This document shows, in pieces, positions 18,852 to 29,944 of a DNA stretch of 64,000 bases. The notes under the pieces are model-generated. The model saw only the letters and a program-made list of their open reading frames with translations, did no database searches and was not told the DNA's origin. The number at the start of each line of letters is the position of its first letter. The stretch's first letter is position 1. The stretch covers positions 1,504,001 to 1,568,000 of the forward strand of contig CAXXXD010000002.1 of the NCBI GenBank assembly GCA_963663385.2, given 5' to 3'. This DNA is from Oceanispirochaeta sp. GTDB lineage: Bacteria > Spirochaetota > Spirochaetia > DSM-2461. The position numbers and the translations under genes were made by a program.

Positions 18852-19931
18852 ATGTTAGAGGCGATTTTTTATCCGCTGGTTAAGTATTTTTCATTTTTTA
18901 ATATTTTCAAATATATCAGTTTCCGGGCTGCCTATGCGGCTGTCACGGCGCTCCTGCTGTCCTTTATGTTTGGACCGCAGGTTATCAGGATGCTCACAAA
19001 ACTGAAACTCGGGCAGGAAGTACGGAATGACGGTCCTCAGACTCATCTGACTAAAGCCGGTACGCCGACAATGGGTGGTGTGCTGATAGTCTTGTCTGTC
19101 GTGATATCCATAATCCTCTGGCAGGATATAACCCAGTTCTATACCTGGCTTATGGTCCTTTCGCTTATCGGATTCGGCGGATTGGGTTTTATGGATGACT
19201 ACCTGAAAATATCCCGGAAAAGCTCGGAAGGTCTTCGATCCGGTTTGAAATTATGGGGTCAACTGCTGATTTCCACTACCATAATGGTTGTTCTGTATCT
19301 GACCAGAAACGAACATACTACTCTTCTGTATATCCCTTTCTTTAAGAATCCCGTATTGGATATGGGTATTTTCTATATCCCCTTCGGGGTTTTTCTGATG
19401 GTGGGGTTTTCCAATGCCGTGAACCTGACTGATGGACTGGACGGGTTGGCCACCGGGTTGATGATATTTGCTTTAATTGCCTTTACTGTAATATCTTATC
19501 TGTCAGGTCATGTGGGGTTCGCCAGGTACCTGCAGATCCCGTATCTGGTCGGATCCGGAGAGCTTACAATAAGCGGTCTCGCTCTGATCGGCGCCTGTGT
19601 AGGGTTTCTCTGGTTCAACTGTCATCCCTCGGAAATAATGATGGGGGATACAGGCAGTCTCTCCATGGGCGGATTTCTGGCGCTGCTGGCGCTGATCCTT
19701 AAAAAGGAGATACTTCTGCTGATTATCGGAGGTGTTTTTGTTATTGAGACCGCTTCCGTTATGATTCAGGTGTTCTCCTATAAACGGACGGGGAAAAGGG
19801 TATTCAAGATGGCTCCAATCCATCACCATTTTGAGTTGTCCGGCTGGGCGGAAAGCAAAGTTGTAACAAGGTTCTGGATACTGGGCGGTATGTTTGCCAT
19901 TCTGGGTCTTTCAACCCTGAAAATCCAGTAA
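18852..19931 (+). CDS. mraY: Phospho-N-acetylmuramoyl-pentapeptide transferase
   Basis: GTPTMGG, DDYLK, NAVNLTDGLDGL, MGDTGS, MAPIHHHFE. Confidence 0.97.
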   Translation: MLEAIFYPLVKYFSFFNIFKYISFRAAYAAVTALLLSFMFGPQVIRMLTKLKLGQEVRNDGPQTHLTKAGTPTMGGVLIVLSVVISIILWQDITQFYTWLMVLSLIGFGGLGFMDDYLKISRKSSEGLRSGLKLWGQLLISTTIMVVLYLTRNEHTTLLYIPFFKNPVLDMGIFYIPFGVFLMVGFSNAVNLTDGLDGLATGLMIFALIAFTVISYLSGHVGFARYLQIPYLVGSGELTISGLALIGACVGFLWFNCHPSEIMMGDTGSLSMGGFLALLALILKKEILLLIIGGVFVIETASVMIQVFSYKRTGKRVFKMAPIHHHFELSGWAESKVVTRFWILGGMFAILGLSTLKIQ

Positions 19932-19961
19932 CCGCGGAAAGGAAATAGATCAGAGTTTTTC

Positions 19962-21104
19962 ATGAGACGATTTGAAGCGGATAAGATCATAATGAATATG
20001 AGCGACTCGGGATTAAAGGGAGTGATGATTCTCCTGACCGGAACAGGTGTAAGCTCTCTGTTTTCCGCTTCCTACCATTTCGGGCGTGTCGCCGCTAATG
20101 ATCCTTTCTATTTTTTTAATCGTCAGCTTATCTGGATTGTATTGGGAACTCTGTTCGCTCTCATTCTTTCACGCCTTCCCCTTCACTTTATAAGAAAATG
20201 GACCATCCCGTTTGTTTTTGTCACGGTGGTCCTGAATATACTGACTTATATCCCCGGTATCGGGAGCAATGCCGGAGGGGCAACCAGGTGGATTGAGATC
20301 GCAGGGCAGTCTTTTCAGCCCAGTGAGCTTGTCCGGGTTGCACTTGTGCTGTATATGGCTCATATTCTGGATAAGAAAAAAGATCATATGAGTGATTTTT
20401 TTAACTCAGTTCTTCCTGTTTTGATTGCTGCGATTATTCTGACTCTCCTGGTTTATTTTCAGAACGATTTTTCTTCGGCAATTTATATCTTCTCCCTTTC
20501 TTTGATTATCCTTTTTATTGCCGGTCTTAAAAAGAGTTATATGATTGGCGGCGGACTGGCTGTGTTAGCATGCGCAGTCCCCATGATAATGGTAAAACCC
20601 TATCGGATTGAGAGAATCAAATCCTGGCTGCATCCTCTGGCCGATCCCGCCGGAGCCGGGTATCAGCTCCTGAAGGCCAGAATGGCTCTGCAGAACGGCA
20701 GCTTCTGGGGTTTGGGATTCGGACGCGGTCAGATAAAACTGGGCGGTCTTCCTGCCGCTCATTCCGACTTTGTTTTTGCCGTTGTGGGAGAGGAAGCCGG
20801 TTTCCTGGGGATCCTCTTTATTCTGGCCCTCTACCTGGCATTTGCGCTAAAGGGATATTCCATAGCAGTGAAGGGAGAGTGCCGTTATATCCGCCTGGCT
20901 GCTTTCGGTTTAACCAGCGCTGTCTATTTGCAGGCCCTGATTAATATGGCTGTCGTTTCCGGAGCACTGCCGGCAACCGGGATTCCTCTGCCTCTGTTTT
21001 CGGCTGGAGGAACATCAACCTTTGTTACCCTTGGGATTTTCGGACTGCTTCTGAATTTCTCCCGCTTCACATATAAGGAGAAGGAGAAGGCCTGTTATGA
21101 GTAG
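19962..21104 (+). CDS. ftsW: SEDS peptidoglycan polymerase FtsW
   Basis: GATRW, QPSE, AHSDF, TGIPLPLFSAGG. Multi-pass membrane protein. Confidence 0.93.
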   Translation: MRRFEADKIIMNMSDSGLKGVMILLTGTGVSSLFSASYHFGRVAANDPFYFFNRQLIWIVLGTLFALILSRLPLHFIRKWTIPFVFVTVVLNILTYIPGIGSNAGGATRWIEIAGQSFQPSELVRVALVLYMAHILDKKKDHMSDFFNSVLPVLIAAIILTLLVYFQNDFSSAIYIFSLSLIILFIAGLKKSYMIGGGLAVLACAVPMIMVKPYRIERIKSWLHPLADPAGAGYQLLKARMALQNGSFWGLGFGRGQIKLGGLPAAHSDFVFAVVGEEAGFLGILFILALYLAFALKGYSIAVKGECRYIRLAAFGLTSAVYLQALINMAVVSGALPATGIPLPLFSAGGTSTFVTLGIFGLLLNFSRFTYKEKEKACYE

Positions 21105-21888
21105 CACCGCCCTTTCCCCTTTGTACAGAAAAATCCGGAATGTGCTGATTGGACTGGCTCTTCTGCTTACAGCGATCCTGATGGTGCAGCTTATTCTGAA
21201 CTTTCTGGTAATGCCCCGGATGAGAATCGGACAGGTTCTTCTTGAAAGTACCCTGCCTCTTTCTGACGAATCGCTTCTGCAGCTTGGGGGAATCTCCGGC
21301 CGGGTTAACTATCTGACTCTGGATGAAAAAGAGCTTCAGGACAGCTATGAATCGTCCCCTCTGATACGGAAAGCCTATGTTCAGAAGCAGTTCCCCAATA
21401 CTCTCAAGATCGTATTATACGGCAGGAGTCCTCTGGGAATCTCCTATCTGGAGGAGAATGGGCTGGAAATACCTGTTGTTTTTGATGAGCAGGGTGTGAT
21501 TTTTCATAAGGGATCCGGAATTCAGGATCTGGATGTCCCTGTTATATCCGGTATCCGTTACGGCGCCGTACAGGAGGGAATGGCACTTCCGGAGGTTCTG
21601 CTGCCTCTTTTTCATGATCTGAAAAATCTGCAGGATAAGGAGCCTCTGCTTTTTAATCAGATATCGGAAGTCAGGATCAACCGGAAGAATGATGAACAGT
21701 ATGATCTGACCCTGTTTTTAACTTCCTATTCTGTTCCTGTTGTCACAAACGCGTTTATTGACAGCGCCTTACTGAAAAAAATATTGTTGGTTCTGGATGC
21801 TCTTGAGGGGCAGCAGATCATGACGAATCTGGAATATGCGGATTTTCGATCCGGTCAGGTAGTTCTGAAAATGAGGGAGGAGGGATAA
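21097..21888 (+). CDS. ftsQ: Cell division protein FtsQ/DivIB
   Basis: Single TM plus POTRA-like region (VQKQFPNTLKI), C-terminal ADFR. Lies between ftsW and ftsA. Confidence 0.88.
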   Translation: MSSTALSPLYRKIRNVLIGLALLLTAILMVQLILNFLVMPRMRIGQVLLESTLPLSDESLLQLGGISGRVNYLTLDEKELQDSYESSPLIRKAYVQKQFPNTLKIVLYGRSPLGISYLEENGLEIPVVFDEQGVIFHKGSGIQDLDVPVISGIRYGAVQEGMALPEVLLPLFHDLKNLQDKEPLLFNQISEVRINRKNDEQYDLTLFLTSYSVPVVTNAFIDSALLKKILLVLDALEGQQIMTNLEYADFRSGQVVLKMREEG

Positions 21889-23127
21889 GTGCCGGATAGG
21901 GATATGATCGTCGGGCTGGATATCGGTACGAATACGGTCTGTGCTGTAATCGCCGAATATGACGAACAGGGGGAGCTTCAGGTTTCCGGCATGGGGCTGG
22001 TTCCTTCAGAAGGTCTCCGAAAGGGTGTTGTGGTTAATATCGAAGCAGCCCAGCGGGTAATTGCTGAAGCGATAGAAATGGCCGAACAGGAAGCAGGCCG
22101 AACCGTTCACGATGTTTACACTTCTGTAACCGGCGGTAATGTGGAAGGTTTAAACTCCCGCGGAGTCGTTGCAGTAAGCGGAAGAGGCCGGGAGGTTACA
22201 GCCATGGATGTCCGCCGGGTGCTGGAAGCCGCACGTGCCATCGCTGTTCCCATGGATCGGGAGATCCTTCATGTTATCCCCCAGAACTATATGGTGGATG
22301 ATAAAGTCGGGATTCGCGATCCCCTGGATATGATTGGAGTGCGCCTGGAGGCGGACGTCCATATTATTACAGGAAGTATTGCGGCTACCCAGAATATTAT
22401 CAAATGTATCAACAGAAGCGGGTATAGGGTGAATGAGATTTCCCTTGAATCCCTGGCCGCCGGAGAGGCGGTGCTGACTAAGGATGAGAAGGAGATGGGC
22501 GTTCTGTTTATGGACATAGGCGGCGGAACAACCGACATTGTCGTCTATCATGACGGGGCCCCTCACTATACCGGATCTCTTCCCATAGGAGGGGAGCAGG
22601 TTTCATCGGATCTATCCATTGTTATGGAGCAGTCTCTTGATATGGCCGAGAAAATAAAACTTTCACACGGCTGCTGCTGGGAACCTCTTGTGGATATGAC
22701 GGGAGAGGTACTTCTTCCGGGCCTGGGCGGGAGACCGCCCCGGAACTTTCCTGAGGTGGAAATCTGCCGGATTATTCAGTCCCGGATGGCCGAAATATTT
22801 CTGCTTATAAGAAAGCAGCTGCACCAGAAGGGGTATATGAACCGACTGGGCAGCGGGATTGTAATTAGCGGCGGGGGAGCCCTTCTGCAGGGAACCGCGG
22901 AACTGGCTTTGGATATTTTCAGCCGGCCCGTAAGAGTCGGAATCCCTTCGGGGATACGGGAGATGCCTCAGGCATGCAGGACACCCGAGTGTGCAACTGC
23001 AATAGGTCTGGTGCTTATGGCTCAGAATGAGGAAGCTCCCTATTCCGCCGAAACAGAAAATGGAACAAGCGTTTCAGTCGGCTCATTCTGGAAGAGTATT
23101 AAAGATTGGTTAGGTAATTTTATTTAG
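21889..23127 (+). CDS. ftsA: Cell division protein FtsA
   Basis: GLDIGT, GLRKGVVVNIE, DIGGGTTD, C-terminal amphipathic helix (FWKSIKDWLGNFI). Confidence 0.97.
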   Translation: MPDRDMIVGLDIGTNTVCAVIAEYDEQGELQVSGMGLVPSEGLRKGVVVNIEAAQRVIAEAIEMAEQEAGRTVHDVYTSVTGGNVEGLNSRGVVAVSGRGREVTAMDVRRVLEAARAIAVPMDREILHVIPQNYMVDDKVGIRDPLDMIGVRLEADVHIITGSIAATQNIIKCINRSGYRVNEISLESLAAGEAVLTKDEKEMGVLFMDIGGGTTDIVVYHDGAPHYTGSLPIGGEQVSSDLSIVMEQSLDMAEKIKLSHGCCWEPLVDMTGEVLLPGLGGRPPRNFPEVEICRIIQSRMAEIFLLIRKQLHQKGYMNRLGSGIVISGGGALLQGTAELALDIFSRPVRVGIPSGIREMPQACRTPECATAIGLVLMAQNEEAPYSAETENGTSVSVGSFWKSIKDWLGNFI

Positions 23128-23166
23128 AGATATATTTATTCGGATATCCTTGGGAGGGGATTTAAT

Positions 23167-24369
23167 ATGGAACTGGAAATACTGGAAGAAACACTGGGTA
23201 ACAAGACAGTTATCAAAGTTATCGGAGCTGGCGGCGGTGGAAGCAATGCGGTCAACCGCATGATATCCTGCGGCGTTCAAGGGGTGGAATTTATTGCAAC
23301 CAATACGGATCTGCAGGCATTGGAGAAATCGGAAGCCAAAATCAAGCTGCCCCTGGGAACAAAGCTGACAGGGGGTCTTGGAGCTGGAGGAAATCCCGAA
23401 ATCGGTGCCCAGGCTGCAGAGGAAGATAAGGAGACCCTTAAAAATATCCTCAAAGGGGCAGATATGGTTTTTATTACCGCCGGAATGGGGGGCGGAACAG
23501 GAACAGGATCTGCTCCGGTAATAGCCCGGATTGCCAGGGAGCTGGGAGCTCTCACTGTCGCTGTTGTCACCAAACCTTTCGGTTTCGAACAGAAAAGAAA
23601 AATGCTCCTTGCGGAAGAAGGTATTCGTAATCTGTATAAGGAAGTGGATACGCTGATTACAATTCCCAACGAGAACCTTATGAAGATCGTAGAGAAGAAT
23701 ACACCGATCCGGGAAGCCTTCCTTAAAGCGGACGATGTGCTCCGGATGGGTGTTCAGGGAATCTCCGACCTTATTACCCAGCACGGGGACATTAATATTG
23801 ACTTTGCGGATGTAAAAGCCGTTATGAATGGTCAGGGTGAAGCCCTTATGGGTACCGGTACAGGCCGGGGAGATAACCGGGCTATTGATGCCGCTACAAG
23901 CGCCATTAACAACCCTCTTCTGGAAGATGCCAATATAGAAGGCGCTATGGGACTGCTTGTCAATGTGGCGGGAGGTCATAATCTGGCCCTGTCCGAATAC
24001 AAGGAAGTCATGGATATTATCGCCGAAAATATTGATCCCAATGCGACGGTTATACCCGGTACAACCATTGATGAAACAATGGATGACGAGATTAAGGTTA
24101 CTGTTATCGCAACCGGTTTTCATACCAGGCGCTTTGAGAATGCGGATGTTCCCGAAATTGCAGAAGAACCTCCAGTTACTTCCGGCAGGGACGAAGTCCT
24201 TTCCTATGATAAATGGAAAAGTTTTTACGATGAAGGAAGCAGTCACAGGGAAATTTCCGGAAGCGGTAACTCATTTCAGAGTCTGTTGGGCGGAGGGAGC
24301 CTTGAATCGGATCTTTATGTTCCGACCTATTTAAGGAATAGAAAAGTCCCTACCGGTAATGAAGGCTGA
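23167..24369 (+). CDS. ftsZ: Cell division GTPase FtsZ
   Basis: [25 protein letters not shown]-terminal DLYVPTYLR. Confidence 0.98.
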   Translation: MELEILEETLGNKTVIKVIGAGGGGSNAVNRMISCGVQGVEFIATNTDLQALEKSEAKIKLPLGTKLTGGLGAGGNPEIGAQAAEEDKETLKNILKGADMVFITAGMGGGTGTGSAPVIARIARELGALTVAVVTKPFGFEQKRKMLLAEEGIRNLYKEVDTLITIPNENLMKIVEKNTPIREAFLKADDVLRMGVQGISDLITQHGDINIDFADVKAVMNGQGEALMGTGTGRGDNRAIDAATSAINNPLLEDANIEGAMGLLVNVAGGHNLALSEYKEVMDIIAENIDPNATVIPGTTIDETMDDEIKVTVIATGFHTRRFENADVPEIAEEPPVTSGRDEVLSYDKWKSFYDEGSSHREISGSGNSFQSLLGGGSLESDLYVPTYLRNRKVPTGNEG

Positions 24370-24372
24370 TTG

Positions 24373-25266
24373 ATGACCGGGGTAAAAGTTTCCAGACAAT
24401 ACGATACCTACCTCCGTGTTGAACTCCGTATGTCTCCCAATACGGTAGACGCTTACCTCAGAGAGGTATTGAAACTGGAGACTTTTCTTGACTCGTCCAA
24501 AAGGAGCTGGACAGATCTGGATGCTCCACTGCTGGAAGATTATCTGATTACTGTACGTCAGAAGGATCAGGATCTGAGTCCCCGAACCCTTTCCAGGATC
24601 CTCAGCAGTCTAAGATCCCTGATGGAGTATCTCCAACTGGTCGGAATGCGGACGGACAATCCTCTTAACGGGATTGATATGCCCCGTATTACCCAGACCC
24701 TTCCGGAAGTAATGAATATCGAAGAGGTGGAAGCTTTTCTGGATGCGATTCCACTCGATACGATTTTAGGGATGAGGGACCGGACGCTCTTTGAATTGAT
24801 ATACTCCTGCGGCCTCAGGGTATCAGAAGCCGTTGACATCGAAATGACTAATATTTTTCTGGAAGAGGGGATGCTTCAGATTTTCGGGAAAGGCCGTAAG
24901 GAGCGCTGGGTTCCCCTGGGAGCTGAGGCTGAACACTGGTTGAAGGTATACCTGAGTGATGTTCGGCCCAGAATGCTGAAACCGGGGATACAGACTAACA
25001 AGGTCTTTCTGAATAACAGGGGAAACGGACTATCCCGGAAGGGAATGTGGAAAAACTTCAAAACCATTGCAGAGAAGGCAGGAGTTTCCGGAAAAATCCA
25101 TACCCTCCGCCATTCATTTGCCACCCATCTGCTGCAGGGCGGAGCAGATCTGAGGAGCGTACAGGAGATGCTGGGGCATTCGGATATCAGTACGACACAG
25201 ATCTACACCCATCTGGACAGGGATGATCTGGAAAAAGCGCATGGAGATTTTCATCCAAGGGGGTAG
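24373..25266 (+). CDS. xerD: Tyrosine recombinase XerD-like
   Basis: SPNTVDAY, YSCGLRVSE, GKG, HTLRHSFATH, LGHSDISTTQIYTH. Catalytic set intact. Confidence 0.88.
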   Translation: MTGVKVSRQYDTYLRVELRMSPNTVDAYLREVLKLETFLDSSKRSWTDLDAPLLEDYLITVRQKDQDLSPRTLSRILSSLRSLMEYLQLVGMRTDNPLNGIDMPRITQTLPEVMNIEEVEAFLDAIPLDTILGMRDRTLFELIYSCGLRVSEAVDIEMTNIFLEEGMLQIFGKGRKERWVPLGAEAEHWLKVYLSDVRPRMLKPGIQTNKVFLNNRGNGLSRKGMWKNFKTIAEKAGVSGKIHTLRHSFATHLLQGGADLRSVQEMLGHSDISTTQIYTHLDRDDLEKAHGDFHPRG

Positions 25267-25268
25267 TT

Positions 25269-26015
25269 ATGGCAGAAGTCAAGTCGGATTTTTTCTACAA
25301 AATGAAACGTCTTTTTATGTTCTCAGCCATTCTTGTTTTAACTGCTGCCTGTCGTCCCGGACGGAATACAGAGCTGGCCGAAAGAGTCTATGAACTTGAA
25401 ACCGGCAATCCATCTTCCGCAGCAGAGCCAGAGGAGATCCGTTCCATAAGAAAAGATCTGAACCGCTGGGAAGAGGAGCTGAATGACGCCATTACGGCCG
25501 GTCGGAATACAGGGCGGTATTATAAAACTCTGGGACTGAAATTTCTGGATTATAAAATGTACGGCCCGGCCCGGGACAGTTTCAGCCGTGCCCTCGAACT
25601 GTCTCCCGAAAGCGGCCGTCTGTACTATTACCGGGGGTTGTCCCTGTCGCGTCTGGCTCTGACAAGGCAGGAGCCAGACGAACGGATGGAAGAGATGCTC
25701 CTGGTCGAAAAGGATTACCTCCGTTCAATAGCGGTTGAACCGAAATTCGCCACACCCTACTACAGCATTGCCATTCTCTATATTTATGAATTAAAGCGGC
25801 CTTTTGAAGCAGCTCCCCATCTTGAAAAGTATGTTTCCATAGAGCGGAGCGACAGCAGGGGACACCTCCTGTATGCTCAACTGCTGGAAGATATGGGACA
25901 GCTCGAAAAGGCTCTTGATCACTATAATAAAGTCCTTTCACTCTCTCAGCGGGAGGATGAAAAAGAGCAGGCCCGTGAGTACATCCAGCGGATAAAAGAG
26001 GAGAAATGGCAATGA
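25269..26015 (+). CDS. TPR-repeat protein, probable lipoprotein
   Basis: TPR-like helices (FSRALELSP...YYYRG). From ATG 25302, MKRLFMFSAILVLTAAC gives a lipobox. Confidence 0.8.
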   Translation: MAEVKSDFFYKMKRLFMFSAILVLTAACRPGRNTELAERVYELETGNPSSAAEPEEIRSIRKDLNRWEEELNDAITAGRNTGRYYKTLGLKFLDYKMYGPARDSFSRALELSPESGRLYYYRGLSLSRLALTRQEPDERMEEMLLVEKDYLRSIAVEPKFATPYYSIAILYIYELKRPFEAAPHLEKYVSIERSDSRGHLLYAQLLEDMGQLEKALDHYNKVLSLSQREDEKEQAREYIQRIKEEKWQ

Positions 26016-27016
26016 ATAAATCTGTTGTTTTTGCCCTGCACAGACTCTCATATCTGAAACTGGATGAAAAACTGAAGATTCTGAGTGAGTATCCGACTGA
26101 GCAGGCTTTTGCTGAATTGACCCGTTTCGAACTTGAATGGTTTTTGGGACGCAGGATCCGGTGCGCAGCATTCTCTCCCTTTCTGATGCTGGAAACAGCC
26201 AAACGTGATCTGGCCGATTGTGAGAAAACCCGAACCTGTTATGCGTTTTTCGGGGACCCCGCCTATCCCTCGCTTTTAAAAGAAATCTATGATCCTCCGC
26301 TGGTTCTTTTCTGGAAGGGTACTCTGCCTCCGGAAAATCAGCCGGCTCTTGCTGTGGTAGGAACCCGTAAGCCCTCCCTTGATGCGGACAGAAACGCCTT
26401 CTGTCTGGGCATGGATGCTGTCAGAGGACATATCTCCCTGATTTCAGGGATGGCTGCCGGAATAGACGGGGCTGCTCATAAGGGTGCTCTGGCAATGAAC
26501 GGAAGAACCTGGGCTGTGCTCGGGACAGGCTGTGACAGACCCTATCCGTCTGCTCACCGCCATCTGGCGGAAGAGATTCTGAATCACGGGGGCGGTCTGA
26601 TCAGCGAGTTTTTCCCGGGCACCGGGCCTGTCCGTCATAACTTTCCCAAAAGGAATAGAATTATCAGCGGCCTATGCGCCAGAGTTGTTATCGTTCAGGC
26701 TCCCCGCCGTTCGGGTGCGCTGTATACGGCAGATTTCGCTCTGGATCAGGGGCGGGATGTTTATGTGCATGCCAGCGGACTCAAGGGCGGATTCTGTCAG
26801 GGAACGGTGAATCTGGCCAGACAGGGAGCCCCGGTAATTGATTTGCTGAATGATATCTATCCCCATATTCCTGATCCCTATCGGGGATTTCAGGAGCCCT
26901 TCGGTCTGCAGGCAGGCGACCCGGAAGAGGCCGGGCATATGGCGGCACAGCTGATGGGAGAGGAACTGAAGGGAACTCTCACTTTTTACAAAGGAAGGAC
27001 GCAGAGTTATGGTTGA
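26012..27016 (+). CDS. dprA: DNA processing protein DprA/Smf
   Basis: YPSLLKEIYDPP, VVGTR, SGMAAGIDG, FPKRNRIISGL, SGALYTA. GAGGAG RBS favours ATG 26012. Confidence 0.93.
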   Translation: MNKSVVFALHRLSYLKLDEKLKILSEYPTEQAFAELTRFELEWFLGRRIRCAAFSPFLMLETAKRDLADCEKTRTCYAFFGDPAYPSLLKEIYDPPLVLFWKGTLPPENQPALAVVGTRKPSLDADRNAFCLGMDAVRGHISLISGMAAGIDGAAHKGALAMNGRTWAVLGTGCDRPYPSAHRHLAEEILNHGGGLISEFFPGTGPVRHNFPKRNRIISGLCARVVIVQAPRRSGALYTADFALDQGRDVYVHASGLKGGFCQGTVNLARQGAPVIDLLNDIYPHIPDPYRGFQEPFGLQAGDPEEAGHMAAQLMGEELKGTLTFYKGRTQSYG

Positions 27017-27935
27017 TACAGTAGCATGGATGGATGACTATCTTAAGTTCTGCCGGAATATTCGAACCCTGTCCGAACGTACCCTTCAGGCTTATTCCCG
27101 TGATATAGAAAGCTGGTTTCAGTTTCTGGAGCAGGAAAACATTGAAGCGGACAAAGCGGACAGGGGTATTGCCCGTCTCTATATCAGTTCTCTTTCCATG
27201 AGGCAGCTATCTCCTGCCACCATAAACAGAACCCTCTCCTCCCTGAAAGGATTTTATGACCATCAGGAAGGGAAAAAACTGGTGACAGGCAACCCTTTTA
27301 CAGGGGTCAGGTCCCAGAAAAAAGCCGGTAACCTGCCGGTGTATCTTACAAACAGGGAGATAGAAATCCTTCTTGAAGCGGCGGAAGGAACTTCATTCGA
27401 AGCTCTCAGGGATACAGTTCTCTTCGAACTTCTCTATTCCACAGGTTGCCGTGTCAGTGAACTCTGTCACCTGAATGCGGATTCCATTGCAAATGACCGG
27501 ATTCTGATTAAAGGAAAGGGAGGCCGTCAGCGATATGTGTTTATCGGAAATAACGCCAGGAAAGCCCTGGATGCTTATCTTCCGGTACGACTGGAAAAAC
27601 TGACCGTGTTAAAGGAACCCGGTAGGAAAGCCCTTATTCTTGATCAGAGAATGGACCGGTTAACAACACGGGGTGTGTATTATATAATTCAGAAATACCT
27701 GAGAAAAACCGGTTTGAACCGGAAGGCCGGAGCTCACGCGTTTCGCCATGCTTTTGCTACAGAGCTATTGAACGAAGGGGCGGATATACGGGTTGTTCAG
27801 GAGATGCTGGGACATGCCAGTCTTTCCACTACTCAGGTGTATACCCATACGGGGATTGAACGGATCAGAAGGGTCTACCGTCAGGCGCATCCTCATGGAA
27901 AGGAACGAATAAGAAGTCACAGGAGTACTGTATGA
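27009..27935 (+). CDS. xerC: Tyrosine recombinase XerC-like
   Basis: [43 protein letters not shown]. Upstream of hslVU. Confidence 0.88.
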   Translation: MVDTVAWMDDYLKFCRNIRTLSERTLQAYSRDIESWFQFLEQENIEADKADRGIARLYISSLSMRQLSPATINRTLSSLKGFYDHQEGKKLVTGNPFTGVRSQKKAGNLPVYLTNREIEILLEAAEGTSFEALRDTVLFELLYSTGCRVSELCHLNADSIANDRILIKGKGGRQRYVFIGNNARKALDAYLPVRLEKLTVLKEPGRKALILDQRMDRLTTRGVYYIIQKYLRKTGLNRKAGAHAFRHAFATELLNEGADIRVVQEMLGHASLSTTQVYTHTGIERIRRVYRQAHPHGKERIRSHRSTV

Positions 27936-28474
27936 GTATAAGAATAAAGGGAACTACTATACTGGCTGTCAGAAGAAACGGTCAGATGGCCATGGCCGGC
28001 GACGGTCAGGTAACTATGGGTGAATCTGTTATTATGAAGGGCAATGCCCGTAAAGTGCGAAGGCTGTATAACGATCAGGTTGTTGTCGGATTTGCCGGTT
28101 CGACGGCAGATGCCTTTACCCTGGAAGAGCGGTTTGAGGGAAAGCTCAGGGAATTTAACGGGGATATTACAAGATCCGCTGTTGAACTGGCCAAGGACTG
28201 GCGGACTGACCGTGCCCTCAGGCGTCTGGAAGCCATGCTTCTTGTTATGGATAAGGATAAAATCCTCCTCCTCTCGGGAAACGGGGATGTTATCGAACCG
28301 GAAGGGGGAGCCATTGCCATCGGTTCCGGCGGAAACTACGCCTATGCGGCGGCCAGAGCATTTCTGGACGGATCTGATTACAGCGCCGCAGAGATTGCCG
28401 AAAGATCTCTGAAAATAGCAGGCGACATCTGCGTGTTTACAAACCATAACATCATCGTGGAGGAAATATCATGA
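27932..28474 (+). CDS. hslV: ATP-dependent protease subunit HslV
   Basis: [33 protein letters not shown]. Confidence 0.97.
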   Translation: MSIRIKGTTILAVRRNGQMAMAGDGQVTMGESVIMKGNARKVRRLYNDQVVVGFAGSTADAFTLEERFEGKLREFNGDITRSAVELAKDWRTDRALRRLEAMLLVMDKDKILLLSGNGDVIEPEGGAIAIGSGGNYAYAAARAFLDGSDYSAAEIAERSLKIAGDICVFTNHNIIVEEIS

Positions 28475-29847
28475 AACCAGTACTGGAACAGCAGACTCCC
28501 AAGGAGATCGTAGCTGAACTGGATAAATATATTATCGGTCAGAATAAGGCAAAGAAAGCAGTGGCCATTGCACTGCGGAACCGGCTCCGCCGCTCCATGC
28601 TGACCGAGGAACTGCGGGATGAAATCGCCCCTAAAAACATTATTATGATTGGCCCCACGGGAGTCGGTAAAACAGAAATTGCCCGCCGTCTCTCCCGTTT
28701 GTGCGGTGCCCCTTTTATCAAGGTGGAAGCCACCAAGTTCACCGAAGTCGGTTATGTTGGACGGGATGTGGAATCCATGGTCCGTGACCTGATGGCGGCT
28801 GCGGTGTCCATGGTGAAAGCAGAGCTTAAAGAAGGGGTCCGGGATGAGGCTGTGGCGGCCACGGAGGAGGCTCTTCTGGATCTCCTGCTTCCCGGTTCCA
28901 ATAAAATCAACCCTGTCCCTGACGGTGAGGGGAAACTGCCCGATGTGATTCCCGAATCTCCGGGAGCCCATACCAGGGAAATCTTCAGAAGAAAGCTGCG
29001 GGACGGCGAACTGGAAGAGCGGCAGGTCGAGGTAAAAGTCTCAGGAGGGACGACTCCATCCATAGAGATATTCTCGGGGAATAACTTTGAAGCCATGGAT
29101 ATGAAACTGGGGGCCCTGGGGAATATTTTCGGCGGAGGAAACAAGAAAACACGCAAGGTGAGTGTCGCCCAGGCACGGGAAATTCTGATGAGCGAGCAGA
29201 CAGATCGTCTGATCGATACGGATAGTGCTGTCGATATGGCCCGGGACAGGGTTCAGAATATGGGAATCATCTTTATCGACGAGATAGATAAGATAGCGAA
29301 CAGGGAGAGCAAGGCAGGGGGGCAGGATGTCTCCCGGGAAGGTGTTCAAAGGGATATCCTCCCTATAGTTGAGGGGAGTACGGTAAGTACAAAATACGGT
29401 ATGATTGACACCTCTCACATCCTGTTTATCGCGGCAGGCGCCTTCAATCTCTCCAAGCCGTCCGACCTGATTCCGGAACTTCAGGGGCGTTTCCCTATCA
29501 GGGTGGAACTGGAGGATTTGAATGCGGATGCCTTCGAGATGATTCTGACACAGCCGAAGAACGCCCTGATCCGCCAGTATTCGGAGCTGCTGAAAACGGA
29601 AGAGGTCTCACTGGACTTTGCCGGACAAGCAATCAGACGACTGGCGGAAATCGCAGAGGAAGTCAATAACCGGACTGAGAACATCGGCGCCAGACGGCTC
29701 CATACCATTATGGAACACCTTCTGGAGGACGTATCATTTAACGCTCCCGATATGAGAGGGCAAACCATACCGGTTACTCCGGAATATGTGGATGAACGCT
29801 TGAGCGACATCATTAAGGACAGGGATCTGAGCCGCTATATCCTTTAG
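28471..29847 (+). CDS. hslU: ATP-dependent protease ATPase HslU
   Basis: [13 protein letters not shown] pore motif, [22 protein letters not shown]. Confidence 0.98.
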   Translation: MKPVLEQQTPKEIVAELDKYIIGQNKAKKAVAIALRNRLRRSMLTEELRDEIAPKNIIMIGPTGVGKTEIARRLSRLCGAPFIKVEATKFTEVGYVGRDVESMVRDLMAAAVSMVKAELKEGVRDEAVAATEEALLDLLLPGSNKINPVPDGEGKLPDVIPESPGAHTREIFRRKLRDGELEERQVEVKVSGGTTPSIEIFSGNNFEAMDMKLGALGNIFGGGNKKTRKVSVAQAREILMSEQTDRLIDTDSAVDMARDRVQNMGIIFIDEIDKIANRESKAGGQDVSREGVQRDILPIVEGSTVSTKYGMIDTSHILFIAAGAFNLSKPSDLIPELQGRFPIRVELEDLNADAFEMILTQPKNALIRQYSELLKTEEVSLDFAGQAIRRLAEIAEEVNNRTENIGARRLHTIMEHLLEDVSFNAPDMRGQTIPVTPEYVDERLSDIIKDRDLSRYIL

Positions 29848-29885
29848 GGATCCGGGATTAACCGGTGAGAAAGGGAACTTTACTG

Positions 29886-29913
29886 TAAACGGGGGAGGGG
29901 TTTTTGCCGATTA
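29886..29913 (+). promoter_or_regulatory. Putative sigma28 (FliA) promoter upstream of flgB
   Basis: TAAA-N16-GCCGATTA. Confidence 0.7.
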
Positions 29914-29944
29914 TAGTAGGGAACCGACTAAAACAATGAGGTAG

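Noticed and set aside
23110..24246. 378-aa antisense ORF over ftsZ, and similar ones at 15862-16857, 32003-33010, 53814-54779 and 30399-31250
   Set aside because: Shadow ORFs opposite well-supported genes, with no recognisable motifs.
24373..27935. Two tyrosine recombinases as an integrative element or invertible cassette
   Set aside because: Both look like housekeeping XerC/XerD, are tightly coupled to ftsZ and hslV, and I saw no att or inverted repeats, cargo or compositional shift.
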